Origin: Octopus sinensis
Taxonomy: Eukaryota
Assembly: GCF_006345805.1 (NCBI RefSeq)
Contig: NC_043006.1
Coordinates: 1,612,001-1,676,000 of the forward strand
Direction of reading: 5' to 3'
Length of the DNA stretch: 64,000 nucleotides
Below, piece by piece: positions 11,186 through 23,067 of this stretch (positions are counted from its first letter, which is position 1; each line of letters opens with the position of its first letter). The translations under genes and the position numbers were made by a program. The notes under the pieces were generated by a model. That model was not told the DNA's origin and ran no database searches. It worked only from the letters and a program-made list of their open reading frames with translations.

Positions 11186-12008
11186 GGTAGATAGAGAGAA
11201 AGAACTCATATACAAGGCCAAGATCAAGGACCCCAGTGGAGTAGCAAAGATGTATGTCGGAATGATAGGCAACACATTCAAGGAAAGGTATACACAACAT
11301 CTGGCATCGTTCAGAGACAAACATTTTTTAAATGCAACATCCTTGTCAAATATGACGTGGACATTGAAAGAAGGTAGAATAAGCAACCCCCAAATAGAAT
11401 GGAAAATTATTGCTAAAGCCAAAATATACAGAGGATGGGGTACCGAATGTGAACTCTGTAGTACTAAAAAACTAAACATTATACAATCAACAGATGACAT
11501 CCTAAACATCAAGAACGAAACCTTCTCTCCCTGCATACACAAGTAATATTTTACATTCAAATACTTCAAAAAAGAGGCACCTTCTGCGACAGTAATCTCA
11601 CCAGGATAGCCCTTTTCCTGAATGAGAAATCTGAACACACATAGCACACAAAGTTTACACACAGAAGAAATATGCCCCAATGACACACAAGTATAAGAAC
11701 ACCACACACAGAACAAAAACAAAATAATTCAAACAAACTGACCACACAACAGTTTGCCCAAATGACAAATCCAAGAGTGATAAACATTCGAAAGATGACA
11801 CCTAAGAGTAATGTCCCATGATCCATTGTTTTATTCATGAGAATTCACGAGAATCTCCGCGAACTAAACAAGGCTGTGATTTCCAAAATGGAGGTGAACA
11901 CCTTTCTCCATGTGATCGGCTTGAAAAATTCTTAAGACAACAGGATATTCAACTAGTTTTCTCAACATGAAACCAACAGTAGCCTTAATTCACAAATAAA
12001 GAAATTAT
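11186..12008 (+). mobile_element. Penelope-like element 3' fragment: GIY-YIG endonuclease plus 3' UTR/pLTR
   Basis: ORF 11184-11546: LIYKAKI..MYVG..FKERYTQH..SF..NATSLS..W.LK..IEWKII..CELC..LNIKNE..CIHK. A decayed hammerhead-like tgatcgg..catgaaac..agtagc lies at about 11910-11985. Confidence 0.85.
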
Positions 12009-12009
12009 T

Positions 12010-12010
12010 A

Positions 12011-12063
<53 letters not shown>

Positions 12064-13065
12064 TGTATGTATGTATGTATGTATGTATGTATGTATGTAT
12101 GTATGTATGTATGTATGTATGAATGTATGTATGAATGTATGTATGAATGTATGTATGAATGTATGTATGTATGTATGTATGAATGTATGTATGTATGTAT
12201 GTATGTATGTATGTATGAATGTATGTATGCATGTATGTATGTATGTATGTATGTATGTATGTATGTGTGTGTGTATGTATGTATGTATGTATGTATGTAT
12301 GTATGTATGTATGAATGTATGTATGTATGAATGTATGTATGAATGTATGTATGAATGTATGTATGTATGAATGTATGTATGTATGTATGTATGTATGTAT
12401 GTATGTATGTATGTATGTATGTATGAATGTATGTATGTATGAATGTATGTATGAATGTATGTATGAATGTATGTATGTATGTATGTATGTATGTATGTAT
12501 GTATAAATGTATGTATGCATGTATGTATGTATGTATGTATGTATGTGTGTATGTATGTATGTATGTATGTATGTATGTATGAATGTATGTATGTATGAAT
12601 GTATGTATGTATGAATGTATGTATGCATGTATGAATGCATGCATGTAGGTATGTATGTATGTATGTATGTATGTATGTGTTTATGTATGAATGTATGTAT
12701 GTATGTATGTATGTATGAATGTATGTATGCATGTATGAATGCATGCATGTAGGTATGTATGTATGTATGAATGTATGTATGTATGTAATGTATGTATGTA
12801 TGAATGTATGTATGCATGTATGAATGCATGCATGTAGGTATGTATGTATGTATGAATGTATGTATGTATGTAATGTATGTATGTATGAATGTAGGTATGT
12901 ATGTATGTATGTATGAATGTATGTATGAATGTATGTATGTATGAATGTATGTATGTATGAATGTATGTATGAATGTATGTATGTATGAATGTATGTATGA
13001 ATGTATGTGTATGTATGTATGTATGTATGTATGTATGTATGTACGTATGTATGTATGTATGTATA
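12010..13065. repeat. (TA)n plus about 1 kb (TATG)n microsatellite with TGAA/TGCA variants
   Basis: Direct reading. It is the source of the YIHT/MYVC pseudo-ORFs. Confidence 0.97.
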
Positions 13066-13580
13066 CTACTGAGTGAACAGACTAAAGAGAAAGGCACTCA
13101 ACACATTTAGTAGGCGTTATGTGTATTATTTAAAGTTTATTTGGCTCCATGTGACTTAAAGTTTCACAGGCCTCTAACAGCAGAAACCCATCTCTTTCAG
13201 GTTTAAATTACCAGCCACACGTGTGTGTACTTGTGTGTGTGTGTGCACACATGTGCATGTGTGTGTGTGTATGTGTGTTTGTTTATGTATGTGCCTCTCT
13301 CAGAACTGTCGGGGTATCAAGCAATGATGTTGTCATTTACATTGTAAACGAATTGTCTGCTGGCCTTGTGCCTTCAAAGATGTGTTAAATAAGAGAGATC
13401 CCTTACTTGAAGCACAGGCAAGGATCAGTAACAGGAAGGGCATCTATTAGTTAAAAAATATTGATAATAATAATAATATATTTGTCCATGCCAGAATGGA
13501 AAAATATGTCCAAAATAAAATAGTGCTCCAGCATGGCTGCAGTCCTCAAACTGAAACTAAATAAAGAAAAAATACATATA

Positions 13581-13658
<78 letters not shown>

Positions 13659-13674
13659 ATATTATATATATATA

Positions 13675-13739
<65 letters not shown>

Positions 13740-13743
<4 letters not shown>

Positions 13744-13935
13744 TAAGGTGCATGGTTTAGTAGTTAGGGTGTTGGAGTCACAATCATAAGATTCTGGTTT
13801 CAATTCCTGGACAGGGCAATATGTTGTATTCTTGAGCAAAACACAACATTTCAAATTGGTAACAAAGAGTCATCTTGTGACAGACCAGCATCTCACCCAG
13901 GGAGGAATATATATGCCAGAGAAACTGGAAAACCA
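13740..13935 (+). mobile_element. SINE family D, diverged
   Basis: ggtgcatggtttagtagttagggtg..ggtttcaattcctgg..ttcttgagcaaaacac. Confidence 0.65.
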
Positions 13936-14018
13936 GCCCGATGATTCTTTTCTTTTTTTCTTAACAGAATAATGTAGACCAACCATAATGTATAATGATG
14001 ATGATGATGATGATGATG

Positions 14019-14054
<36 letters not shown>

Positions 14055-14064
14055 GGGAGAATTC

Positions 14065-14185
14065 ACAAAAAAAACAAAAGACAAAGACAGGCGGTGTAGA
14101 CAACAAACAGATGTATTAGTATAATGCTCGGGAATTGAAAAAGTTTTTAACATTTTGAGCCTATGCTCTTTCACAGAAAGGAACC
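14065..14185 (-). mobile_element. Penelope-LTR-like short element with decayed hammerhead
   Basis: The reverse complement ctttctgtgaaagagcataggctcaaaatgttaaaaac..cccgagcattatactaatac matches the copy at 59740-59930. Confidence 0.6.
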
Positions 14186-14230
14186 TTATATATGTATATA
14201 TATATATATGTATGCATGTATGTATGTATG

Positions 14231-14295
<65 letters not shown>

Positions 14296-14520
14296 TAGTT
14301 GACTTAGAGGTTAAAATAACCATCTAAGGGATAAAAGTATCCAAAATATTACCGGTGCCTTACCTATATTTAAACATTGGGCAAAAATGTTATGCTCATA
14401 AGTTATAGGTAAAGACAAGGATAGACAGGAGTTTATCAGGAATCAAGATTTAAAGGAAACAGAAAATGGAGAAATATTGATGAACAACAATTGATTCGCA
14501 TCAATTATTATTTATTAATA

Positions 14521-14915
14521 ACTAGCAGTATCGCCCGGTGTTGTTCGGGTTTGTAAGGGAAATAACTATATAAGCATTTTTAGAGATGTAAAGTATAATA
14601 GCCATCTCAATATGGCTAACCACAATGGGGGGTGTTATTGTAGCTTTTTACATTCTGAGATTTAATAATAAATTTTTAGAGAGTTACTTCCCTTATATAT
14701 GCCAAAAATGCATTAAAAATGGAAAAAATTGATGGTAAATTTTTTTTTAAATCGTAGACTCATCGTAGACGCGCGCTAATACCCAGAAGGGCTCGATATG
14801 AATCACGTCTATAAGATACTGCACCGGTTAAACTGCACCGCAAAATGTGGGAGTAGTTAGGAATCTAAATCGTTGGAGACAGACAGCACACAACCTTACT
14901 TTTATATATAAAGAT
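14521..14915 (+). mobile_element. Helentron/Helitron-type non-autonomous element (HINE-like)
   Basis: 5' ACTAGCAGTATCGCCCGGTGTTGTTCGGG and 3' ctTTTATATATAAAGAT. The same termini occur at 30336-30727. Confidence 0.65.
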
Positions 14916-14924
14916 TTACAAAAA

Positions 14925-15120
14925 GAAGGCAGCAAGCTGGCAGAAATGTCAGTATGCTAGGCGAAATGCTTAGCATTACGTTCTGAGTTCAAATTCCACC
15001 AAGGTTGACTTTACCTTTCATTCTTTCGGGAGTCAATGTATCAAGTACCAGTTGCGTACTGTGCTTAATCTAATCAACTGGCCCACTCCCATATATTTCG
15101 GACCTTGTGTAGAGTAGAAA
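14925..15120 (+). mobile_element. SINE family C
   Basis: ggcagcaagctggcagaaat..ctgagttcaaattcc..tttcattctttcggg..aagtaccagtt. Confidence 0.75.
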
Positions 15121-15129
15121 AGAATAATT

Positions 15130-15616
15130 GGTGCTCTTTGGTTATCTCACCCCCATTAAAAAATTGCCATTAAAAAACTGGGTTATCTCCCCACTAAAAA
15201 AATCAAGTTAATGTGGCGACAAGAGATTGGATTAAAGGAGTTAGATCTTTTTGATTCAATACTTCAACACATTGTTGACGTTTGACCTCCTTAATAGGAA
15301 TGGTAGGATTTGTTATAAAAATATTACCAAATCCAGTAAAATGTTTCATTTTTTTCAGTTTTCATGTTTATCAGTTTTTTTCCGTTTTGTATGATTTGTG
15401 ATAAAAATATTATCAGATTCAAAATGATGTTTCATCTTTTCACTTTTTATGTTTATTAATTTTTTTCTTTTTTTTGTTGTTTTATTGAGGTTTGAACAAT
15501 TTTTTTAGTTGAAGGAGATGTCCAAAAGTACCGATATTTCTCATAAAACGGGGGGGGGGGGGGGGGAGGAGATAACCCAATTTTTTAATGGGGGGGTGAG
15601 ATAACCAAAAAGTACC
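15130..15616. mobile_element. Merlin-type MITE with perfect 8-bp TSD
   Basis: TIRs GGT(G/A)CT(C/T)TTTGGTTATCTCACCCCC..ATTAAAAAATTG at both ends. TSD GAATAATT at 15122-15129 and 15617-15624. Confidence 0.85.
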
Positions 15617-15772
15617 GAATAATTTCCAAAAGGACTGCATCCCATAATGGTAATTCCAAAGAACATTGACGGGTTTTATAATTAACTTCCTATAAATACA
15701 TTACAGCTCTAAGATTTAGAGTCTGCTTCATTTCCAGATATATGATCTGCAGACAGTGTATATATATGTATG

Positions 15773-15821
<49 letters not shown>

Positions 15822-15872
15822 ATTATTAGTGTCAGCCTTCACAGCTGCAACAATGGCAGACAAGGTAGTAGT

Positions 15873-16165
15873 AGTAGTAGTAGTAGTATAGTAGTAGTAG
15901 TAGTTGTAGTAGTAGTGGTAGTGGTGTGGTGGTGGTGTGGTGGTGGTGGTGGTGGTTTGTAGTGGTGTTGGTGGTGGTGGTGGTGGTGGTGGTGGTGTGT
16001 GGTGGGTGGTGGGGGTGTGGTGGTGGTGGTGGTGGTGGTAGTGGTGGTGGTGGTGGGGGTGGTGGTGGTGGTAGTGGTGGTGGTGGTGGTAGTGGTGGTG
16101 GTGGTGGTGGTGGTGGTGGTGGTGGTGGTGGTGGTAGTGGTGGTGGTGGTGGTGGTGGTGGTGGT
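15873..16165. repeat. (TAG)n/(GGT)n trinucleotide microsatellite
   Basis: Direct reading. Confidence 0.95.
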
Positions 16166-16719
16166 AGCTGCTGTAGCAGCAGTAAATGTTACAAAGCTTG
16201 ACCATGCCACTCCTCTTCTCCTTTCAGGTAAATCAATAGTGTACAATATTTACTACTACTACTACTATACTACTACTACTATTATAATTACTGCTGCTGC
16301 CACTATTTGCTGCTACTACACCTACAAATTCAATATACCTGTGGTGTCACAGCTGGGTTGGTTTTTCTTCTCACATCAGGAATTCACATGACCACAGCTG
16401 TGCTTGACTTTATATCTGTGTGTGTGTGTGTGTGTGTATCTATATATATATGCATGTGCGAGTGTAAATGTGTGAGTGTGTGTCTGCATTTATATATATA
16501 TATAAATACACACATATACAGATACATGTGCATGCACATATATATAATATATATATATATACATACACGCACATGTACATACACATATATATATACATAT
16601 ATATATATACACACATACATACATACATACATACATACATACATACATACATACATACATACATACATACATACATACATACATACTTACATACATACAT
16701 ACATACATATATATATATA

Positions 16720-17020
16720 TAAGTAATACTAAGTAATTAAGGGTTTAGCAACGAATTGCCTCACCAACACACCGAATTTAGAAATAGCAGTCAAAGAGAT
16801 ATAGCTATTCCTTCTACTAAAAGGGGGATCTCAAGAAGGAATAGCTATATCTCTTTGACTGCTATTTCTAAATTCGGTGTGTTGGTGAGGCAATTCGTTG
16901 CTAAACCCTTAATTACTTAGTATTACTTAAATTTTCCTCGAATGGGGCTTTTACATGCCGAAATCTACTTGGTGTAATTGATAATTATTCCAAATTAATT
17001 AATTTCACCCTTTATTGTTA

Positions 17021-17025
<5 letters not shown>
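16720..17025. mobile_element. Short element beginning with a perfect 96-bp inverted repeat (Penelope-LTR-like by architecture)
   Basis: Arms 16720-16815 and 16834-16929 are exact reverse complements around an 18-bp spacer. About 95 bp of unpaired extension follows, and both sides are flanked by (TA)n. Confidence 0.6.
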
Positions 17026-17057
<32 letters not shown>

Positions 17058-17068
17058 GTAGGATCTAT

Positions 17069-17924
17069 TCCATATCAATCAAAGATTTTTTAATTAATTT
17101 TTTTAAACTAAACAGTTCCAAACTTCAAATACTGGTAGAATTTTTCACATAGAACATGGTATACTCTGAACGTTTTTGACAAAATTTCATACTTTAGAAG
17201 TTATTTCCTGTTAAAGTTGTCGTATTTGGGTAATTTCAACCAATCAACGTGTATTTATTGAAGAAAGCTACTGCTGTTTGTGCTTGTAATTGAAGAGCAC
17301 AACTTCCGGTTCATCTCTACTAAATGAGTCCGCAGCTAGCTTTTTTGTTGTTGATGTATATGTAGTTTCAAAATGCCTTATTTTACAACTATGAGATCTA
17401 TTGTTATTGTCATGATTTTATCTTACTATAATCAGCAACAAACACATTTCATCAATATAAAGTCTTTATTAGATAAAAAAATTATCTAAACATTATCTAA
17501 ACATGAAGGTAAAACAAAACAAGTAGTGGCTTATATATTTCTTTACTATCCACAAGGGGCTAAACACAGAGGGGACAAACAAGGACAGACAAACGGATTA
17601 AGTTGATTACATAAAGGTGACATCATCTTCGCCTGCATTACGAATAGAACAGAGTGGTGGCATTTAGTAGAGATGAGCCAGAAGTTGTTCCTCTTCAGTT
17701 ACTATTGCAAACAGCAGTAGGTTTCTTCAACCGAATACATGTCATTGATTGGTTGAAATTAGCCAAATATGACAACTTTAACAGGAAATAACTTCTAGGG
17801 TATGAAATTTTGTCAAAAACGTTCAGAGTAAACCATGTTCTACATGAGAAATTCTACCAATTTTCAAAGTTTCAAACTGTTTAGTTTAAAAAAAATTAAT
17901 TAAAAAATCTGTGATTGAGATGGA
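17069..17924. mobile_element. Long-TIR MITE (about 215-bp imperfect TIRs) containing a SINE C 3' fragment
   Basis: 17069-17283 is the imperfect reverse complement of 17704-17924. The SINE C tail lies at about 17535-17612. Confidence 0.8.
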
Positions 17925-18042
17925 TATATATATATACATATATATATACATATATATATACATATATATATATATATAATTGATATAGGATAAAAAAATT
18001 TTCAGGAAAAAAACAGGCAAAACATGTGGCATCACTTTTGAG

Positions 18043-18382
18043 CAGTGGTTCTCAACTATGGCCCCAGAGGATCCATATGAGATTTTTGGGGGTCCACACA
18101 ACAAAACAGTAAATTAAGAATCCCAAATAGTATTATAATGGCCCCTGAAAAATTTTTGCTTTAAATGTATGTGTTCGTATGTGTTGCAAGAAACAGCTAG
18201 GTTTTTCCCTCTGCTATCTTAAATAGTTCAACCTACGTGAATTAATGTGTTAAGAACAAAATAGGGATTTTGAAAGAAGAATCTCTAAAACTAGTTTTTA
18301 AACATCAAATAGCTATGGGGGTCCACCAGAATAAAATAATAATCAAAGGGGCCCATAGATAAAAAAATGGATGAGAGCCCCT
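18043..18382. mobile_element. hAT (Charlie-like) MITE
   Basis: Starts CAGTGGTTCTCAAC and ends in a degenerate GGATGAGAGCCCTA. TSD CTTTTGAG/CTTTAGAG matches at 7 of 8 positions. Confidence 0.7.
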
Positions 18383-18473
18383 ACTTTAGAGTCTGTTAAT
18401 TTATAATTCAAACATAATTGTAGAGCAGCTAAAGTAAATAAAAGATGAAGAAATAATGCACACACTCACTTAC

Positions 18474-18550
18474 AATAGTTTCTAGAATCGCTGAGCATGT
18501 GGAACATTTGTTTTCAAGCAAAGGTTTCCATGTAAGCCAACTTATTCCAT
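18474..18550 (-). CDS. Internal coding exon of the minus-strand host gene
   Basis: Acceptor ttaattctttctctccaaag| and donor |gtaagt. 77 nt with a single open frame (phase 1 to 0): (D)GISWLTWKPLLENKCSTCSAILETI. Confidence 0.65.
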
Positions 18551-19149
18551 CTTTGGAGAGAAAGAATTAAGGAAAATCCTTAATAGAGGATATTAATAAT
18601 TACCAGGTCATCAGAGATTTAAGTAACATCCATAGTGAAAGATAGTAGTGGTTAGTAGTTCCATGATCAAAGAATTAAGGAGACACCTCGTAAAAGATAA
18701 TAGCAGTTTGCAGTTTCGTTATTGAAGAATTAAGCAAACAATAACAGTAGTTACCAATTCCATCTTCAGTTATATTATATATATGTAGATATGTATGTAT
18801 GCATGTATGTGTGTATGCATGTTTTATATATATATGTATATAGATATGTATGCGTATATCTTGTGTGTATATGTGTTTGTCTGAGAGAGTTTGTATTTCC
18901 TTTGTCTTCATGTGTGTTTTCTGATTGTAAACATTGGTTCACTAATGGTGTTATTTGTTTCCAGTTCTCCACATAACGCATGTCCAGGCTTGATAGACTT
19001 GGAGATTATTACATCACTTGGAAATAAGAGGAGGTTGTTGACGGTAAGGGCATCTTGTTGCTAGAAAACTCTGCCCCTAGAAAACTCTACATGAGTGATG
19101 GAGAAGAATCAGAGGTAGCGTGTAAGAGAGAAGACTGCACTGCTGTGGA

Positions 19150-19400
19150 CGAGTGTTAGCTGTGGTGGTTCACAGCTGTACAAAGAAATGCTGAGCACTT
19201 AAAATGAATGTAACATGAGGAAACAGATGACTGAAATGGTTTGTAAAGACGAGGGGAAGACTGATCTCAAGATGTTACACTTCACTGACAAACTAACAAA
19301 AGATTTTGACACGAAGTAACATATGGTGCCAGAGAATCCCAACCACCCATGCAAAAGTATATTACAACAGGCTTTATGATGAAAACTGGGATATGAAATA
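19150..19400 (+). mobile_element. Old RTE C-terminal remnant
   Basis: gtgtaagagagaagactgcactgctgtggacgagtg translates to VRERRLHCCGRV, compared with VQERRLRWYGHV in the younger copies. Confidence 0.45.
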
Positions 19401-20005
19401 GATGCATACACATATACATTTATTTCATCGCTATTATGTTAAACTGTTGTATGTCCAAATTTGGCCAAATGCGTTTTTTTCAATATTTACTTTCTCTTGC
19501 AATAGCCAGTTCCTTTGGTCAAACTACTGCATCTCCAGCTGCTTCAGATGCCAAGATATCACAAACTGTCAAAGTCTAGTACAACAGTTTTGTATTCTCC
19601 AAAAGTGTAGTAAGCCCCACATATGATAGTTTTGCAAAAATATTTCTGGCTGAAAACATCATACATGCATGGAGTTATGATCTTATGCACCCAACAAAGT
19701 ATTATTGTTCAGCTGAAACTGTTGCTAACATAAAAAGAAATGGAAGGGTGAAACTTGTTTCTTTTTTTTTGTTTTCTGAAAAACAATGTTTTGGACTTAC
19801 AACACTTTTGCATAATAGCAACGATTTACACATATATCTATATCTGTCTATCTATCTATCAATCAATATAAATACATATATATACATACATACATATATA
19901 AAGTGTGATGTGATGTAGTAGTCTTGTGTCTGAGAGAGGCTGCGCTTCATGTCAAGTCTACTGTCTTCTTCAAGCTTCCAGGCAACATACCCATGCATAC
20001 TCTCT

Positions 20006-20244
20006 CTTTTACTCTTTTACTCTTTATTCTTTTACTTGTTTCAGTCATTTGACTGCGGCCATGCTGGAGCACCGCCTTTAGTCGAGCAAATCGACCCCGA
20101 GACTTATTCTTTGTAAGCCCAGTACTTATTCTATCGGTCTCCTTTGCCGAACCGCTAAGTGACGGGGATGTAAACACACCAGCATCGGTTGTCAAGCAAT
20201 GCTAGGGGGACAAACACAGACACACAAACATATACACACACACA

Positions 20245-20278
<34 letters not shown>

Positions 20279-20440
20279 ACAGGCTTCTTTCAGTTTCCGT
20301 CTACCAAATCCACTCACAAAGCTTTGGTCGGCCCGAGGCTATAGCAGAAGACACTTGCCCAAGATGCCACGCAGTGGGACTGAACCTGGAACCATGTGGT
20401 TGGTTAGCAAGCTACTTACCACACAGCCACTCCTACGCCT
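20006..20440 (-). mobile_element. SINE family AB, full length, young
   Basis: Complete head-body-(TA/TG)n-tail structure. Confidence 0.9.
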
Positions 20441-21250
20441 ATGCATAGTCTTTTTTTTTTTTTTTTGGTATGTTGAGTGCTTTCCATCCAGGTCTTCTCT
20501 GATGTAAGAGAGTCCAGCTATTTTGGGACTATATAGGAGATCATCAGGAAGAGAGTGTTTCTTGAGGAGTTCACTGCCAACTCGTACAATGTTGCTCACT
20601 TCACTTTTCAGGACTGCATTAATGCATCTAGTTTTGCTGCTCTTATATGTACGTATGTATGTATGTATGTATGTATGTATGTATGTATGTATGTATGCGT
20701 TTGTATGTATGTATGTATGTATGTATGATGTATGTATGTATGTATGTATGTATGTATGTATGTATGTATGCATGTATGTATGCATGTAAGGCTTTGGAAA
20801 GGTAGTAGGATAGTGTATTTTCAATGCAGCATTCAACCCAAGTCTTATGTTATCTACATTGTCTGATTTCAGTCAAATTCACCAGGTATCCAAAATCCAG
20901 ATTCCACAACAGTAGCACCATTGTGTAGGTTTAACAAGTAGTAAAATATAATCCAAATAAGAAGACAAAAAAAGGATTTAACCCACCTTTAATGATCAGT
21001 TACAATTGTTTCTGTACCAACTCTGATTTCCATCCCAGTTCACACAAAAGTTCCAAGTAAAAATTTAAGTAATATTTGCAGTCTTGAATATCAGGGTGGC
21101 ACATCTGTGTTAAAGTCTTTCTCTGCCCTTGTATTTGGATTATATACCATCATCACATATATATATATATTTTATTTGTTAGGGAATAAAAATTCCGGCA
21201 TAACAGGGGTTCAAATTATTCTCAATGAAGAAATATATATATATATATAT

Positions 21251-21446
21251 CATCATCATCATCATCATCGTTTAACGTCCGTTCTCCATGCTAGCATGGG
21301 TTGGAGGGTTCAACCAGGGATCTGGGAAGCCAGAAGGCTGCACCAGGCTCCAGTCTTATCTGGCAATGTTTCTACTGCTGGATGCCCTTCCTAACGCCAA
21401 CCACTCCGTGAGTGTAGTGGGTGCTTTTTACGTGCCACCTGCACAG
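21251..21446 (-). mobile_element. RTE 3' tail
   Basis: (CAT)n cgtttaacgtccg..ccatgctagcatgg..gtgccacctgcac. Confidence 0.85.
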
Positions 21447-21816
21447 ATGACTAAATGTACATATATATATATATATGTATAAAAACTTACTTGGAGGAAA
21501 CGAAACAACGCGAGGGCGCTCAGTCATACAATAGTATAATAAATAAAATATATGCATACATACATACATACATATATGTACGTACTTACATCTACATGTA
21601 TATATACATGCATATATAAATATATATACGTGAGTACAGGACACCACAACTAGACGTAGAACTCAACAAGAAACGAAAACGTAAAAACAAACATGGAAAC
21701 GGACCTTTTTTTAACAACGAAAAAACAGAGTACAAGACAAACAGCATGTATGTATGTATGTATGTATGTATGTATATACACATACACACACACACTTATA
21801 TACATATATACACACA

Positions 21817-21855
<39 letters not shown>

Positions 21856-22109
21856 GCACAGTTATTTGCAGGATCCAACAGAACTGAGGTGTTTTAATAA
21901 TAAGTACACATATTAGTAAAGTACTAGTGCATATATGGATTTAACCTTCAAGTTACACAATATATCCGCAAGTATAGACCAAATACACTCAATGTATGCT
22001 TAAAATCCATCCATCCAGACATACATACATACATACATACATGCATACACACATAAAATTACACACATACATGCATGGTCCACTGAAAGGTCAAGATCCA
22101 ATGCAGAGA

Positions 22110-22330
22110 AGTGTAGTACAGTATAAATAACAAGACAGAGGGACTGAGGTTCCCTACAGCTGTTTCATACATGTTTTTTACTGATGAACAAATCTTCAGG
22201 TGAATTAAAATTAAAATAAATTCTTAACATTTAGGATTTTTCATACATGTTGACTCTCTCATCTTAGTTCTTCAATAAGAAAACACGTCTGAAACAGCTG
22301 TAGTTACGCTCAGCTCACTCATGTCATTAT
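22110..22330. mobile_element. Penelope-LTR-like short element with 13-bp inverted repeats
   Basis: CTACAGCTGTTTC at 22154-22166 and GAAACAGCTGTAG at 22291-22303. Confidence 0.4.
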
Positions 22331-22354
22331 GTATACATACATATTTATACATAT

Positions 22355-22530
22355 AAGGTGGCAAGTGGGCAGATTCATTAGCATACAGGGCAAAATGCTT
22401 AGCAACATTTCATATCTTTACATTCTGAGTTCAAATTCCACCAAGGTCAACTTTGCCTTTCATTCTTTCAGGGTCAATAAAATAAGTACCAGTTGAGTAC
22501 AAGAGTCGATGTAATTGACTCACCCCTGCC
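22355..22530 (+). mobile_element. SINE family C
   Basis: aggtggcaagtgggcagattc..ctgagttcaaattcc..tttgcctttcattctttcagggtcaataaaataagtaccag. Confidence 0.8.
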
Positions 22531-22556
22531 CCACCACAAATTCATATATATATATA

Positions 22557-22800
22557 TTCTTTTATTTGTTTCAGTCATTTGACTGTGGCCATGCTGGAGC
22601 ACCACCTTTAGTTGAACAAATCAACCCCAGGACTTATTCTTTGTAAGCCTAGTACTTATTCTATCGGTCTCTTTTGCTGAACTGTGAAATTACAGGGACC
22701 AATATCGGTTGTCAAGCGATGGTGGTGGGGAACAACAGACATCCCCTCCACCCACACATGTGTATATATGTATATATATATATATATGTATGTATGTATG

Positions 22801-22846
<46 letters not shown>

Positions 22847-22996
22847 GATGGGCTTCTTTTAGTTTCCGTCTACCAAATTGACTCACAAGTCTTTGGTTGG
22901 CCCGAGGCTATAGGAGAAGACACTTGCCCAAGGTGCCATGCAGTGGGACTGAACCTGGAATCATGTGGTTGCTAAACAAGATACCATACAGCCACA
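22557..22996 (-). mobile_element. SINE family AB
   Basis: Tail, internal microsatellite and head are all present. Confidence 0.85.
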
Positions 22997-23025
22997 CTAT
23001 ATATATATAATATTATATATATATA

Positions 23026-23067
<42 letters not shown>

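Noticed and set aside
19506-19579. Plus-strand acceptor followed by SSFGQTTASPAASDAKISQTVKV*
   Set aside because: It looks like a terminal exon, but no credible upstream partner was found. The 16227 donor lacks an acceptor.
20470-20645. About 60 open codons on minus (CINAVLKSEVSNIVRVGSELL..)
   Set aside because: No usable splice sites and no recognisable motif.
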